Made by a program: the position numbers and the translations under genes. This document shows, piece after piece, positions 10,101 to 20,050 of a DNA stretch of 64,000 nucleotides. Below the pieces are notes generated by a model that was given only the letters and a program-made list of their open reading frames with translations, was not told the origin of the DNA and did not search any database. Numbering within the stretch: the stretch's first letter is position 1; every line of letters starts with the position of its first letter. Source of the stretch: Trypanosoma brucei (Eukaryota); NCBI GenBank assembly GCA_000002445.1, contig CP000066.1, positions 416,001-480,000 on the forward strand. Direction: 5' to 3'.

Positions 10101-12061
10101 ATGAAGAGATGCTCACAGATGTGCGGCCAGCTTCCGCAGCGCCCGACGCTACCATACACAAATAATGCACGCAGGTAGCAGCGTAGGGCACTTTGAAACA
10201 TATCTTCGCTGCAGTACGCGTCTCCAGCAGCGATACAGTATTTCATGTAGGTACGCACGTGTGCATGCACAGGAAAATTATTAGGCAAAGATGCTTTTAT
10301 TCTCATTCCTGCACATTGCGGTGGATTTAAGAAGAGTGCATTAGCCGCCAGCAATTCTTGTAAAACGGCAATCTGGAGCTTGCTACGACCGACCATACCG
10401 CGATGTTGGACATGAAGCAACAGCGCTGTCGTACGGTCCACCAAGGGTGGCGTTCGCGTCCGACAGAACTCGTATAAGAGTAATGCCACCCGCAGGGAAT
10501 ACACATTCATTTCACACGCATCATAATCGTTCATTGCAACCTCTAATCGGCAATCACTGTTGTTTTTTGAGGATGTTCCGCCAGCCCTCCACGGCGTTAG
10601 GCTCGAAGGCAGCAGCCGCCCCTGAAGAAAATGACATATACCGATACCTTCCTGGGCTGCTGCAATCAGCGGTTTGTTAAATGCCCTCGTTTCGACAGTA
10701 GCAAGTGCTTCTGCACGACAGAGACGGTAGAAATTTGCCGCTGCATCATAATCCGCCAACGCAAGTGAGAGATCTGCCGCCCGACGCATCTGCATCTCCA
10801 GTGATCCTGCAAGATACATCGCACGAGAGTTGCCACGTGCGGCCACCCAACTCTCTGTTTTTGATTTATTAACCTCATTCTTGTTTCGAAACCATGCTGC
10901 CATCTTTCCAAGAGTTGTCGTCCGCCTCTCATTCACTGTTGTGTTGAGAGAACGTAGCTTCCGCTCAATGAAAGTAAAAAGACACTGTGAAAGATAGTGA
11001 TGCATAACGGCACGCAAGTCCCTTACATTTTCAGGACTCAAGTAACAACCAGTCACTTTCGCCGTGCCATCGGGCCACTTGCCAAACATTGCTTGAACGC
11101 GTGGGAAGAGCAATGGCTCTGCAGCAACACGACTACTGGCGCTATCGCCACCACCACCTGCACTCGCAGGTGAGCCGCTGCGGCTTTCAAGCTGCTGCGA
11201 ATAACGAACGGCGCGGCACGCTGTATCAGAGGGAACATCCATGAAGGATGGATTTGCATCGGTCCATACTGACGGGTCCATATTTTTCACATTTTGTGGG
11301 TTGCTAATGGAATTTAGCTTGACAAGCGCACAGTTCGCGTGTCCCAAGCTTGACTGCACAGCAGCAAACATCCGATTGACTTCGTCCATACCAGGGCCTT
11401 CAGTCACATCATGCAACAGCAAGAAATGACTATGCATTTCCTCCTCCATACAAGGCATGTTACGCCAAATCTCTCCAATTTCCTGTCCCCTCTTTAACTC
11501 ATTAAATTCCTTCAAAATACCCTCCACTCCCCCTGACGCGTTTGTACTGGCCGCATAAATAAACCCCACTGGGTGATCGGTTGTATCAAAGTGGCTACAA
11601 CGCACCGAATAGACGTAATTCTGAACGAACTGTCGGTGCCAATCGGGATGTGACCGCTCCAACAGAGTCGACCCGAGTTCTGCTGACACTCGAGTGTCAG
11701 TTAATACACCACCTCCTTTCTTCATTAAACATTGCAGTGCTCGATCAAGTTGCTCTCCAAGTGCCAGTTCCACTTCCGACTGACCACAGAGCAGGTCACG
11801 AAGATGATGTAAGAGAGTCGTTTCTCCCACCTCACGTACGCATTGGGCCCGAGTCAAGCGCACTCCAAAGTTACGCACAAGAGTGGCATCTGCACGATCT
11901 GTAAGACGGGCGAAAAGATCCCCATCATACACGGCAAAAGGGCGAATCATGTTAATTAAATCCATTCCATTTCGCCGGGCCGCTTCGTCTGCGGTTCGAC
12001 TGGCCAACACCACCACAACAGGGTGTCGATATCGGCTCTCCACCCATTGCCTGAGCTCCAT
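7166..12061 (-). CDS. Large conserved protein (1631 aa). Tentatively a TRAPP-complex large subunit-like protein (TRAPPC8/9/11 family) with a TPR-like region.
   Basis: This is an uninterrupted 4.9-kb ORF. The motif 'RRAADLSLALADYDAAANFYRLCRAEAL' resembles the '[RK]xADLxFLxxxYDxAxxxY' block shared by large TRAPP subunits. The N-terminus 'HPVVVVLASRT...MIRPF' resembles the start of TRAPPC9/Trs120. The family assignment is weak. Confidence 0.35.
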   Translation of the reverse strand: MELRQWVESRYRHPVVVVLASRTADEAARRNGMDLINMIRPFAVYDGDLFARLTDRADATLVRNFGVRLTRAQCVREVGETTLLHHLRDLLCGQSEVELALGEQLDRALQCLMKKGGGVLTDTRVSAELGSTLLERSHPDWHRQFVQNYVYSVRCSHFDTTDHPVGFIYAASTNASGGVEGILKEFNELKRGQEIGEIWRNMPCMEEEMHSHFLLLHDVTEGPGMDEVNRMFAAVQSSLGHANCALVKLNSISNPQNVKNMDPSVWTDANPSFMDVPSDTACRAVRYSQQLESRSGSPASAGGGGDSASSRVAAEPLLFPRVQAMFGKWPDGTAKVTGCYLSPENVRDLRAVMHHYLSQCLFTFIERKLRSLNTTVNERRTTTLGKMAAWFRNKNEVNKSKTESWVAARGNSRAMYLAGSLEMQMRRAADLSLALADYDAAANFYRLCRAEALATVETRAFNKPLIAAAQEGIGICHFLQGRLLPSSLTPWRAGGTSSKNNSDCRLEVAMNDYDACEMNVYSLRVALLLYEFCRTRTPPLVDRTTALLLHVQHRGMVGRSKLQIAVLQELLAANALFLNPPQCAGMRIKASLPNNFPVHAHVRTYMKYCIAAGDAYCSEDMFQSALRCYLRALFVYGSVGRCGSWPHICEHLFMGLSQLYHQLENPVRAIAMMAVAVLLGTPKYSNPKTALSSLKTFLEKQQEVVGELGIGVCPHMVVPAIVENTVRISVNQYHCDEITTQQQCQLGGEAVETEWQKVEDKLRSHYKDQLTGSPIGTRQWGAELSKFRQSSKRDGSGKKSMRRYTVNQEESLQVSVKLRNPIGSHLTVENMCLLFVSRDEPAKLCRSSESQTIEFAAGASRTITLNFTPQAEGTYVIVGFAWEVMSSLGHYYFATEGASGAASTEGNTSSSNNLGGYVAGMGGGLLLEHAMNNATPEVESPANIEIVVGPPQAWVTMRLEPELPSVLRDGEYFHTFVVVTNNSTHAEAHNVTLQRSATNAQVLWFEDFGLERNIEAEATFNVAQVLHPKESVSISLTVRGQLGHGASPRCRNNIFLLVGYLGGPPTTPGRQDVKATPISPTPSNATVPYVRLHRFVRLIAVKRTIILSSFVLEPVNLASATSALQLTVANVSDTAEQPLRVVRMTAIHRPRWYVAAIHTGALLENDAAGLVVPSGGSFCLPLSVADKATLSRGKAGLGSAVGSDGVADTAPDAQPTAFTEEEYISLTVTLPSPDKCAQVESKISSSVIGSAMSTYFMRTSIRGSGTLGEIAANDGFVFYADKGPDGDQQKVPRVDPVTQVAIGEPFTPICVAVAWMLQDGSGRCGQLFHFVDPVSYLISGGPLSSKAYELQQEELCEALVENRSLHPRQAALLYHVEAPHSVESTKELPDAALIPITVHCRSLSAHVLLVTLKAKTMPAAGIDRSDSPSLLSPTLMTFVGKTSYSFLLLPHENHAVKFTAYVFQSGLVQCNAFHVSAMALRLCPAGVDTSRWKSGMSEAAMIRSLRYSSSSTTSLRQAESFLGELNTGSNSDITELPASMRCDVQTSVFGYAAAAIARVSLASYSPEAVKAAAAAASARMKEYRDDLKRYEESCKSFEHRRSALSASGRVPNSAHATYHPAARLLCEGAGN

Positions 12062-12283
12062 GTGCCCTTTTCAAATATTTAATTCTTCTTCCTCCCCCTC
12101 TATAGCTTGTAAGTGTTAATGTCGCATTAAATAAATAAGTGTTTTTACACATGTGTCCGTTAACGTATGGGAAAGAATAGAGGGGGGGGGAAAAAAGCAA
12201 CAAGTCTACACAAGTAAGAGCCACAAGTAGATGAAAATCAGATAGACAAACAAATGCACACGTACACAAACACACACGCACAT

Positions 12284-12319
<36 letters not shown>

Positions 12320-15300
12320 GTATCTGTGTGCACTTGTTTGTCACGATCACTGAAATGGAGAGAGTTTTAAGGGGAACGAGATATTTCAAGTGTGAGGTAA
12401 CAAGTAGAAAGAAACAGAGAGACAAGATACGTGCAATATGCAAGTCATTGGCATGTCTTCAGGCAAAATAAAAAAAAAGAAAGGAGCCATGAGCACACCT
12501 AGACTCCAATATCCTCCTCCAACGGGAAGGAAAGTAAAACAGAAAGCAGAAATAAAAACCAAAAAAAAAGAAAAAAAAGAAAAAAAGGGAAACAACGACA
12601 AACGAAGGAACAAGAAAAAGATATAAAGGAAAGCAAAAACAAAAAAAAGAAAACAACATAAAACCGCATTACCCAATAAAAACGTGTGATAGAAACTTTT
12701 CAGATACGTATTTGTGTGTTGGCCTGAGCGTGCTTATTTGTGTTCGCGTGTTTTGTCGTTGGTTTAAAAGAACCATTGCAACCAGACAAGGTGCAAAATA
12801 TAATACAAATGAATATACAGAACGCGGGCGCAAAATACGAAACCAAACCGAAAGATATACTTATATATATGTATATATACTTATTTATTTATTTAGTTAT
12901 AAATACGAATAATACTGTAAATATAAATGTACTAAAGATTCCGGTTGTATCAAATCACGTGGTAGAGGCGACAATGGTTCCGAAAATTTTGAAAAAAAAA
13001 AAGACACAAAAATTGTTGAAAATTTGGCACCTTCTCCCCTTCTTTAGCAGAATTTAAAAAAAAAATGACGTCATTCACCGTTACTAGTGTTACACATTGT
13101 TCTTTTTCGATTTCTTCCCTCGTTTCACTTTTCCTTCCTGAAACTTTTCATGTTTAGTTTCACTTTCTTTTTTTTTTCTTCTCCGCATCTCAAAAGAAAA
13201 AATGAAAACGAAAGTACCTCAATATATATATATATATAGATATATAGATAGATATTTATTAATTTATTTTTTACATACAGAGCACTCACTAACAAATTAT
13301 TATCAATGTCAAACAAACAAATGGGGGGAAATTGTTCTTTGTTTCTTTGTTTTTTTTCCTTTTTTCACTGCACGTACTTAAAAACTATTCCTTTAAGAAT
13401 CTCATTTCCTAATAATTATACATGAAATCTTTCGATGGGTTTGCTTTATTTTATTTTGTACAATTGTTTAAAGTCATTTCTTTTTATATGATCTGTTTCT
13501 TGTCCCTTTTTTTTTTTTGTCCTGCTTTTCTCACTTCCGAATCCCTTTTTTTCCCCTCCTCCCGCTTCTCATATCCTTCAAAAAAAAAGAAAAGGAGGGG
13601 AATATTCACTTACACATTGAAGCAAACCCAATCAAAATTTCATTCATATATATATATATATAGATTCATATTTACGTGCATTTGCAAAACACGCGGTGCA
13701 CAAAGTGAAAGAAACAAAATAAAAATAAAAAAAACAACAAAAGAGTAAAGCAAAACCAAACAAAACAGAAAAAAAACAAAAAGGAAACCAGGTGATGTCA
13801 AACGGAATACAAAAGCGACACGAAGATTGATAGTTTTTTTTTTCCTTTTGTTGTTTTTGTTGTTTCACTTCTTCCTTTAAAAGTATTTTTTTTTTAAAGA
13901 AAGATTATATAAATAAATATATATAAACATAGAAAATGAAGGGGGGGAAAAGGTGAAAATTAAACAAAAAGGGGGAAAAGGGGGGGGTTAAAAAAAAAAA
14001 AAGAGAGACAACGACCAAAAAAAAAAAATCATCGGACGGTACAAATTTTATTTTTATTTTTTCCCATCCGCCCTTTCGCCAAGCTGCCTCATCCTTTTTT
14101 TAAAAAAATTTAATTTAATTTTATATTACTGAAATCAGAAGAAAACCTCAAACGCTCCGAAATAAAAATAAAAATAAAATTTTCTTTTCTTCAAAAAAAA
14201 AAAAATCATATTAATAACACAACGTCGCAAGGGGCACACTCACAACTTTATTTTATTTTTATTATTTTATTTTTGAGATTTTATTAACTGTTTGGTTGAA
14301 TAATTTATTGACACACGTGTGTGCGTGTGTGTCTCGTACATAAAATTTCTTTTTCATTGTGATGAGGCAAGAGAGAATAATAATAATAATAATAAAATAC
14401 ATAAAGAAATGCCTCATCTTTCTTCACAACTGACATATTTTAGATTCGCATATATGATTTATGTAACCGGTGTGAATAGCAGGATTTTTCTTTTTTTTTT
14501 TTAGCTCTTTATTATATTTTTCTTTCTACTGCGAGAAAAAAAAAAAAGAAACAAAAAAAAGATGAAGGAGGGAAACCGAAGGAGAATTTAAAAAAAAAAA
14601 TCAAACAAACAAACAAACAAACATTCCCCACAATCAAAAAGCGTAAAGCAACAAAAATAAAAAAAACAACTGAAGCCTGTGCGCCAACGCCCATTCTTCA
14701 CATACACACACGCACACACGCAAAGAAAAAAACAACAACAACAACAACAACAAACAAACAAACAAACAAGCACGAACACATAACAACAAGGTGTATGTGA
14801 ACAGTAATTTCAAAAAAAAAAAAGAAAGAAAAACATGTGAATTACATGCCCACTTGTGAGATACATAAGACAAAAAAAAAAACACGCACACACACACAAA
14901 AAAAAAACAAACAAACATAAAAGGAGAGAACGAAAAAAAAAAGCGACAAAAATGATCAAGAGGGAACGGATAGTTTTTTTTCCTTTTTTTTTTTAAAAGG
15001 CAAATGCCCCCTAGCGGCAAATAACAAAAGCAAAGACAAGAAAAATGGGGGGATGCCTCTGGGTAAATGTGTGCTATTAAAAGAATGGTCCAGCATGTTC
15101 CACATAATCATACCCAAAAATATTCACAAAACATTGTGCATTCATATATATATATATATATATGTGAAGGGACATAATAATGTGAATTGCTAATTGTCCC
15201 TTGTAAATGAGAAAAAAAAAGACAGAAACAAAAAAACGTTTAAATTCTTTCTCAATTCCTCTTCACCTTCTCCTTCACACATTTTCTGTCTTGTTTTTAT

Positions 15301-15778
15301 TCTTTTCTTTTCTTTTCACTTCTTTTTTTTTTTGTAAATATCTTTCTTTCTCCTTTCCCTCAGCCTTTCATCCTCACACAGTGCTTCTACTAAACTATAC
15401 GAGTGTGTGTGCGCGTGATTTTGATTAATATATAAATAAATATATAAATATATATAAATATATAACTGTAACAACTTAAATTTCTTATCGGATTGCGGAT
15501 ACCCCCCCCCCAAAGAAAAACAAACAACAACGCCACATTGGTCATGAGAGAACCCACAACGACCCACAAATAACTTAACTAAAAAGATAGATCAAGTCGT
15601 AAAAACAAAAAAACAAAACAAAACACTAGACATAAACGCATACGTATGGGGGGGAAAAAAATGAATAAAAGAGCAGTGGCAAATTTGCATCAGTTCGTAT
15701 TGAAAACTCCCCACTTTAAGAAATGCCGTACACAGATATGGGTAGGAGAAGTTTCACCCCCAGAGTCCAAACAATATT
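12062..15778. repeat. 3.7-kb low-complexity, ORF-poor tract (homopolymer A/T, (TA)n, (CAA)n, (AAC)n, poly-purine blocks). Presumed long UTR/intergenic region.
   Basis: No ORF here has coding-like composition, and all track ORFs translate to poly-F/K/L/C. The tract contains a 250-nt purine-only stretch (12440-12700) and dense A/T homopolymers. Confidence 0.8.
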
Positions 15779-16981
15779 TTATTGTCGCCTGAAGGAATGA
15801 CTCCGCCACGGGACTCCACTCACTTCGCTCCTCCGCTTCAAGAACCAGTCAAACATCCAATCATATTCACTTACTATTGTCCTGTCCATTCCAAGATCTG
15901 GTGCCCAGCTAACATTTGGCTCAGGTGAAGTTGTCGTTGTGCGATTCTTCGGTGCGGCTGGTGGCGATAATGTTTGTGGTGCTGCAGGTGCCAGTATGGA
16001 TGATGCTGCCGACTGTGGGGTTTGTTCACCCTTTTGTTTCCGCGCAAGTTGTGAAAAAAGTCCACGCAGGTAGTCATAATCCGGTCGATCTGTAAAGCCT
16101 AAACGCCTACAATACGCGCAATACTGCAGCAACTCGTTGGGGAGTCCGTTGCAAAGTTCCCGCACCGAAGTTGCATTTTTCTTCTCCCCAATCACAGCCA
16201 CCTTCTGTGCTGCATCTCTAACTGTAGTTCCCTGCCACGGCAACGTACCACTCATAAAGTAAACAAGAATAAACCCTATAGACTCCATATCGTCACGACG
16301 ACCCTGCTCATAACCCTTGTGGGTCCATGAGCTGCAGTAACGCACCGTTCCCGTAATAGATTTTCCCTCGCAGAAGGGAATGTGAACCTGACGTCGCCTG
16401 TCCCAATACGGTTTACTTAAACCAAAGTCAATAATATAGAGAACATGCGTCCTATTACCCTCACCAAACACAAAGTTTTCAGGTTTAATATCTCGATGTA
16501 TGATTCCTTTACTGTGCACAAACTCTATACGGTTGATCATTTGATGGGCAATCATGCAAACCGTTTTGATGGTGAAGCGCCTTCCGCAATAGTTAAAGAG
16601 ATCCTCTAACGACGGCCCACAAAGTTCCATACCGAGTACGTTACAAGTTGATTCCGTGGTATAGAAGTAAATACGCGGAATTCCCAGCGCATTACCACCA
16701 CCGCTATGTAGCAAATGGTACACTTTATTCTCGTAGCAAAGTTGCGGATGTGCTATATTGCGCTTTTCCAACTTCACCGCCAGTTTTTTATTCGAACGTT
16801 TGTCAACCCCAACATATAATTCACCGAAAGCTCCACTGCCGATGCGGTGAAGCAGCGTAATTTTGCCGTCTGCTACCGTTACTTGATGACGGGCACTAGC
16901 CGCAGGTGTGAAGGGGGACACACTTTTGTGGGGCAAGCTATTCGTGCTACATTGAAGAGGACTTTCGGTTGCCTCAGCCAT
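15779..16981 (-). CDS. CK1: Casein kinase 1 (CK1) isoform
   Basis: Motifs 'IGSGAFGELYVGVD', 'LAVKLE', 'HPQLCYENKVY', 'ELCGPSLEDLFNYC', 'HSKGIIHRDIKPENFVFG', 'YIIDFGLSKPY', 'SWTHKGYEQGRRDDMESIGFILVYFMSGTLPWQG' give a near-collinear match to the canonical CK1 catalytic domain. The C-terminal tail is Pro/Ala-rich. Confidence 0.9.
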   Translation of the reverse strand: MAEATESPLQCSTNSLPHKSVSPFTPAASARHQVTVADGKITLLHRIGSGAFGELYVGVDKRSNKKLAVKLEKRNIAHPQLCYENKVYHLLHSGGGNALGIPRIYFYTTESTCNVLGMELCGPSLEDLFNYCGRRFTIKTVCMIAHQMINRIEFVHSKGIIHRDIKPENFVFGEGNRTHVLYIIDFGLSKPYWDRRRQVHIPFCEGKSITGTVRYCSSWTHKGYEQGRRDDMESIGFILVYFMSGTLPWQGTTVRDAAQKVAVIGEKKNATSVRELCNGLPNELLQYCAYCRRLGFTDRPDYDYLRGLFSQLARKQKGEQTPQSAASSILAPAAPQTLSPPAAPKNRTTTTSPEPNVSWAPDLGMDRTIVSEYDWMFDWFLKRRSEVSGVPWRSHSFRRQ

Positions 16982-17041
16982 ATCTTCGCAGTAACGAATG
17001 AGGTTTGAATTTCAAACCAAACTAACTGTTTAAGCTTGCAG

Positions 17042-17098
17042 ATATATATATATATATATATGTAGGTAGGTATATATAGGTATATATATATATATATA
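17042..17098. repeat. (TA)n microsatellite interrupted by GTAGG units, immediately upstream of the CK1 gene
   Basis: The sequence reads 'atatatatatatatatatatgtaggtaggtatatataggtatatatatatatatata'. Confidence 0.95.
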
Positions 17099-17104
17099 CC
17101 TGTT

Positions 17105-17165
17105 ACAATTTAAAAAAAAAAAAGAAGACAGGAGTGAGAAAAAAGAAAAATAAAAAAAAATGATA
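17105..17165 (-). promoter_or_regulatory. Candidate polypyrimidine tract / trans-splicing signal upstream of CK1 (read on minus strand)
   Basis: The plus strand 'aaaaaaaaaaaagaagacaggagtgagaaaaaagaaaaataaaaaaaaa' is poly-purine, so the minus strand is a polypyrimidine tract. It lies about 120-180 nt upstream of the CK1 ATG, the usual distance for kinetoplastid SL-addition signals. Confidence 0.3.
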
Positions 17166-18375
17166 ACTTGGAGAATGGAAACAGAAGATGGCAACACCTA
17201 CAAAGCAAGCAACACCAATAATAATAGTAATAGTAATAATAATAGTAATAGTAAAAGCAATACAAAAACACAAGAAAAGAATGGTGCCGCGTAGGACCAC
17301 TCCCACCGCAGTGAAAAAAAATATATGAGGGAGGGTCAACGCGCATACGCCTTCTGCCAGTTTGATTGGTTGTTTGGGTGTTGTTTACACCGGGTTCCGT
17401 CAACTCAACGGTGATAATAATAACAAGAACGGAAAGAAAAAAGAATTTTACAGAAATAAAGGGGGAAGTCAATAATTTGGTTCATGCAAGCGCACACAAA
17501 CGCACACAAGAAAAAGGAAAAAAAAAAGATATATCCCAATACGAAAAGCAGAGACTAATCACAATGACACCAATTTAAGAAATTTCGCAGCACTTTATCA
17601 ATTATTTTGGAACCTTCTATTTTCTCCTGTTTTGGTGTATTTTGGTTAGCTCGGGGTTCCTCTTCGCATAATGTAACCCCGTGCATTTATGCAAATAAGA
17701 ATCACGCATTCACTCAGAAATACAGAATTCTTTCTCCATATCGCTTTTTTTTTTTAAATACAAAATACAAGTTTCGTCTTTCATTTTTTTTTTCCACCCT
17801 CCCCCCCCCCGCCATTCCCTTTTCATTCTTTCTTATTTATGCAATAATTTGTTACCGCGCCAACCTTTCGCGATTTTTAAAGCCTATTGCATCCTTTTGT
17901 TTTATTATATATATATATATATATATATATATTTTTTCTTTCCACTCTCTTCCTCTTCTTTTGTTTCCTCAAATACCGAATTTAACTCATCCTCCTCTCA
18001 TAATTCTCCTCCCACTGCTCCCCGCTGTTTTCCACATGTTAGTTTCTGGATCATATTTTGTTTCATATTCATACTTGCTATTATTACTGCTTCAAATAGA
18101 GCGCAAAAACTGCAGGCATTTATGTACACATACACACGGGGGGAGGGGAGAAATAGAGAAAATGTGTACGAGACAAAAGAAGCGGGGGAAAAAAAATGAA
18201 AACACAACTATTTCCTCTTCTTTTTAGTTTATTTTTATTATAATTTATTATTTTTTTTTTAAACTGAAAAAAAAGAAAAAAAGAAATTTTCTTCTTCTTT
18301 TATAAGCCTACGATTTTTCGACCAGCTTACAAGAGGCCAGCATCAGCAGGACGTTTGTGAGGGGAAAACAAGAAA

Positions 18376-18404
18376 ATAATAATAATAATAATAATAATAA
18401 TAAT
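18376..18404. repeat. (AAT)n microsatellite
   Basis: The sequence reads 'aataataataataataataataataat'. Confidence 0.95.
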
Positions 18405-20050
18405 TTAAAAACAAACAATCAATAAAAAAAGAAAAAAGGCACACGAGAATTGAGAAGAGGGAGGAAAAGAAGGAGAAAAAAAACAAGTAATGAAGAAACA
18501 ACGACGAAACCAATAGAAAACAAAAAAAAATGACCACAAGCCCAACGTAAAGAAAAACGAAGACAAACAGGCAAACAAACAAAACAAAATATCGTGAAAA
18601 GTTTCATCAAGGACGTAATATTTGAGCGGAAATACGTGTGGGGGGGGAGAGAAGAAAAAAACTAAAGCAACAATATACATTTTTTTTTTTCCTTGTATTT
18701 GCTTCTTTTCTTTTCTTTTCTTTTTTTTTTTCTCTCTCTCTCTCTTTCTTTTTCTCTGGAACAAAATAGATTTGAGAGTTTGGGTTATGAGTTCGGGGAG
18801 AGGGGAGTTGGAGGGAAAAGTGCAGTGAACGCATTTTTTGCACAATGAAACAATTATGGAAGGAAAAGAGGGAAAGTTACGCCACACTAACAGCATAAGA
18901 TTTGGGTTTGTTTGTGTGTGTTTGTGTGTATGTGTGAATGTGTGAACGAAGGTAAGCAATAATGAAAAAAAAACAAATAAAAAAAGGGAGAGAGGAGCTT
19001 TCGATTTTTTTTTAAAAAATTTTATATCGAGGGTTCCATATGCTACAACAATGTGGCGTTATTGATCTCTCTTTTTTTTTTGTTTTTGTTTTTGTTGTTG
19101 TTTCAGGTTGTCACTTCCAACATTAAGTTGATTCAGGACACACTGCATTACCGCTACCACACACTCGTTTTTTTTTTCTTTTTAAAGAAAAGGAAGGGAG
19201 GGAAATACAGAAATAATTTTATGCCGCCACCTCCGGAGTAGCAAAACGTCATTTTTAACTGACACAACAATAAGGCGGATTTTTTTTTTAAAAAAAGGAT
19301 AGAAGAGGAATAATAAAAGACAAAATAGAAAAGAGAAGAAAAAGAAAAAGAAAAAGAAAAATCATTAAAAAACATTGTGCATCCACTGTTATTTCCCCTC
19401 CTTCCCTCCCTTCCTTCTCCGCTACTTTCAATTCCTCTTACTCCGCAATTACAACTAAGTCAAAAAAAAAAATAGGAGGAGGAGGAGGAGAAGGAAAAAA
19501 AAACCTTCATGACAGTTCTTTCCATTTCAGCCCATTATCAAACACACAAACAAACACAAAAAAGTTGTTCTCTTGTTCATTCCTTTTCTTTCCCCCCCCC
19601 CTTTGATTTGCTCTTTCTTTCTCTTTTCTCTTACAAAAGAAAAGTACAAAACAGTACGACACGTGCAGATAAGCGATGATGATGATGATAATAACTATAA
19701 TAATAATAACACAAACATTTTGCTGTTGCCGTCGTTTGTCCCCGTCCCCTTTAACTGGAATACACTTGGAGTACAAAATATTAGTCTTATTTCTCTCCCT
19801 TGCAAAGCATAACTGAAAAACAGAAAAGAAAACAAGGAAAAAACTGCCTTGAGAGCGGGAAAGTAAGAGGGAAATGAAAAAAAAAAGAAAAGAAGAGTGC
19901 ATTTGAATGCCATACATCCGCTGCGTATTAAAAGTCGAAGGAAGAAAGCAAAATTCCTTTTTTTCAAAAAAAAAAAGGACAGAAAACCCGCCAGTAATCC
20001 TTTTCCTTTTTTTTTTTCCTCTCACCCCATTCATCTTCTTTTCTACCTTT

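Larger units (their letters stand above)
16982..20050. repeat. 3.1-kb low-complexity, ORF-poor tract between the CK1 and BRCT genes. Presumed long UTR/intergenic region.
   Basis: Composition is dominated by homopolymers, (TA)n, (AAT)n, (GT)n-like and (TAA/TAG)n runs. The only ORFs are low-complexity artefacts (17607-18227+, 18405-18959-, 19507-20034-). Confidence 0.8.

Noticed and set aside
17607-18227. Plus-strand ORF of 206 aa (and other plus-strand ORFs at 12740-13057, 13422-13748, 61454-61891 and 61955-62242)
   Set aside because: These translate homopolymer or microsatellite DNA into poly-F/L/I/Y/S. They lie on the non-transcribed strand of a unidirectional PTU and lack coding composition.
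18405-20034. Minus-strand ORFs 18405-18959 (184 aa) and 19507-20034 (175 aa) in the correct transcriptional orientation
   Set aside because: Despite the orientation, the translations are homopolymer-derived (K/E/R runs, poly-F). They lack any globular segment and sit in the low-complexity tract.
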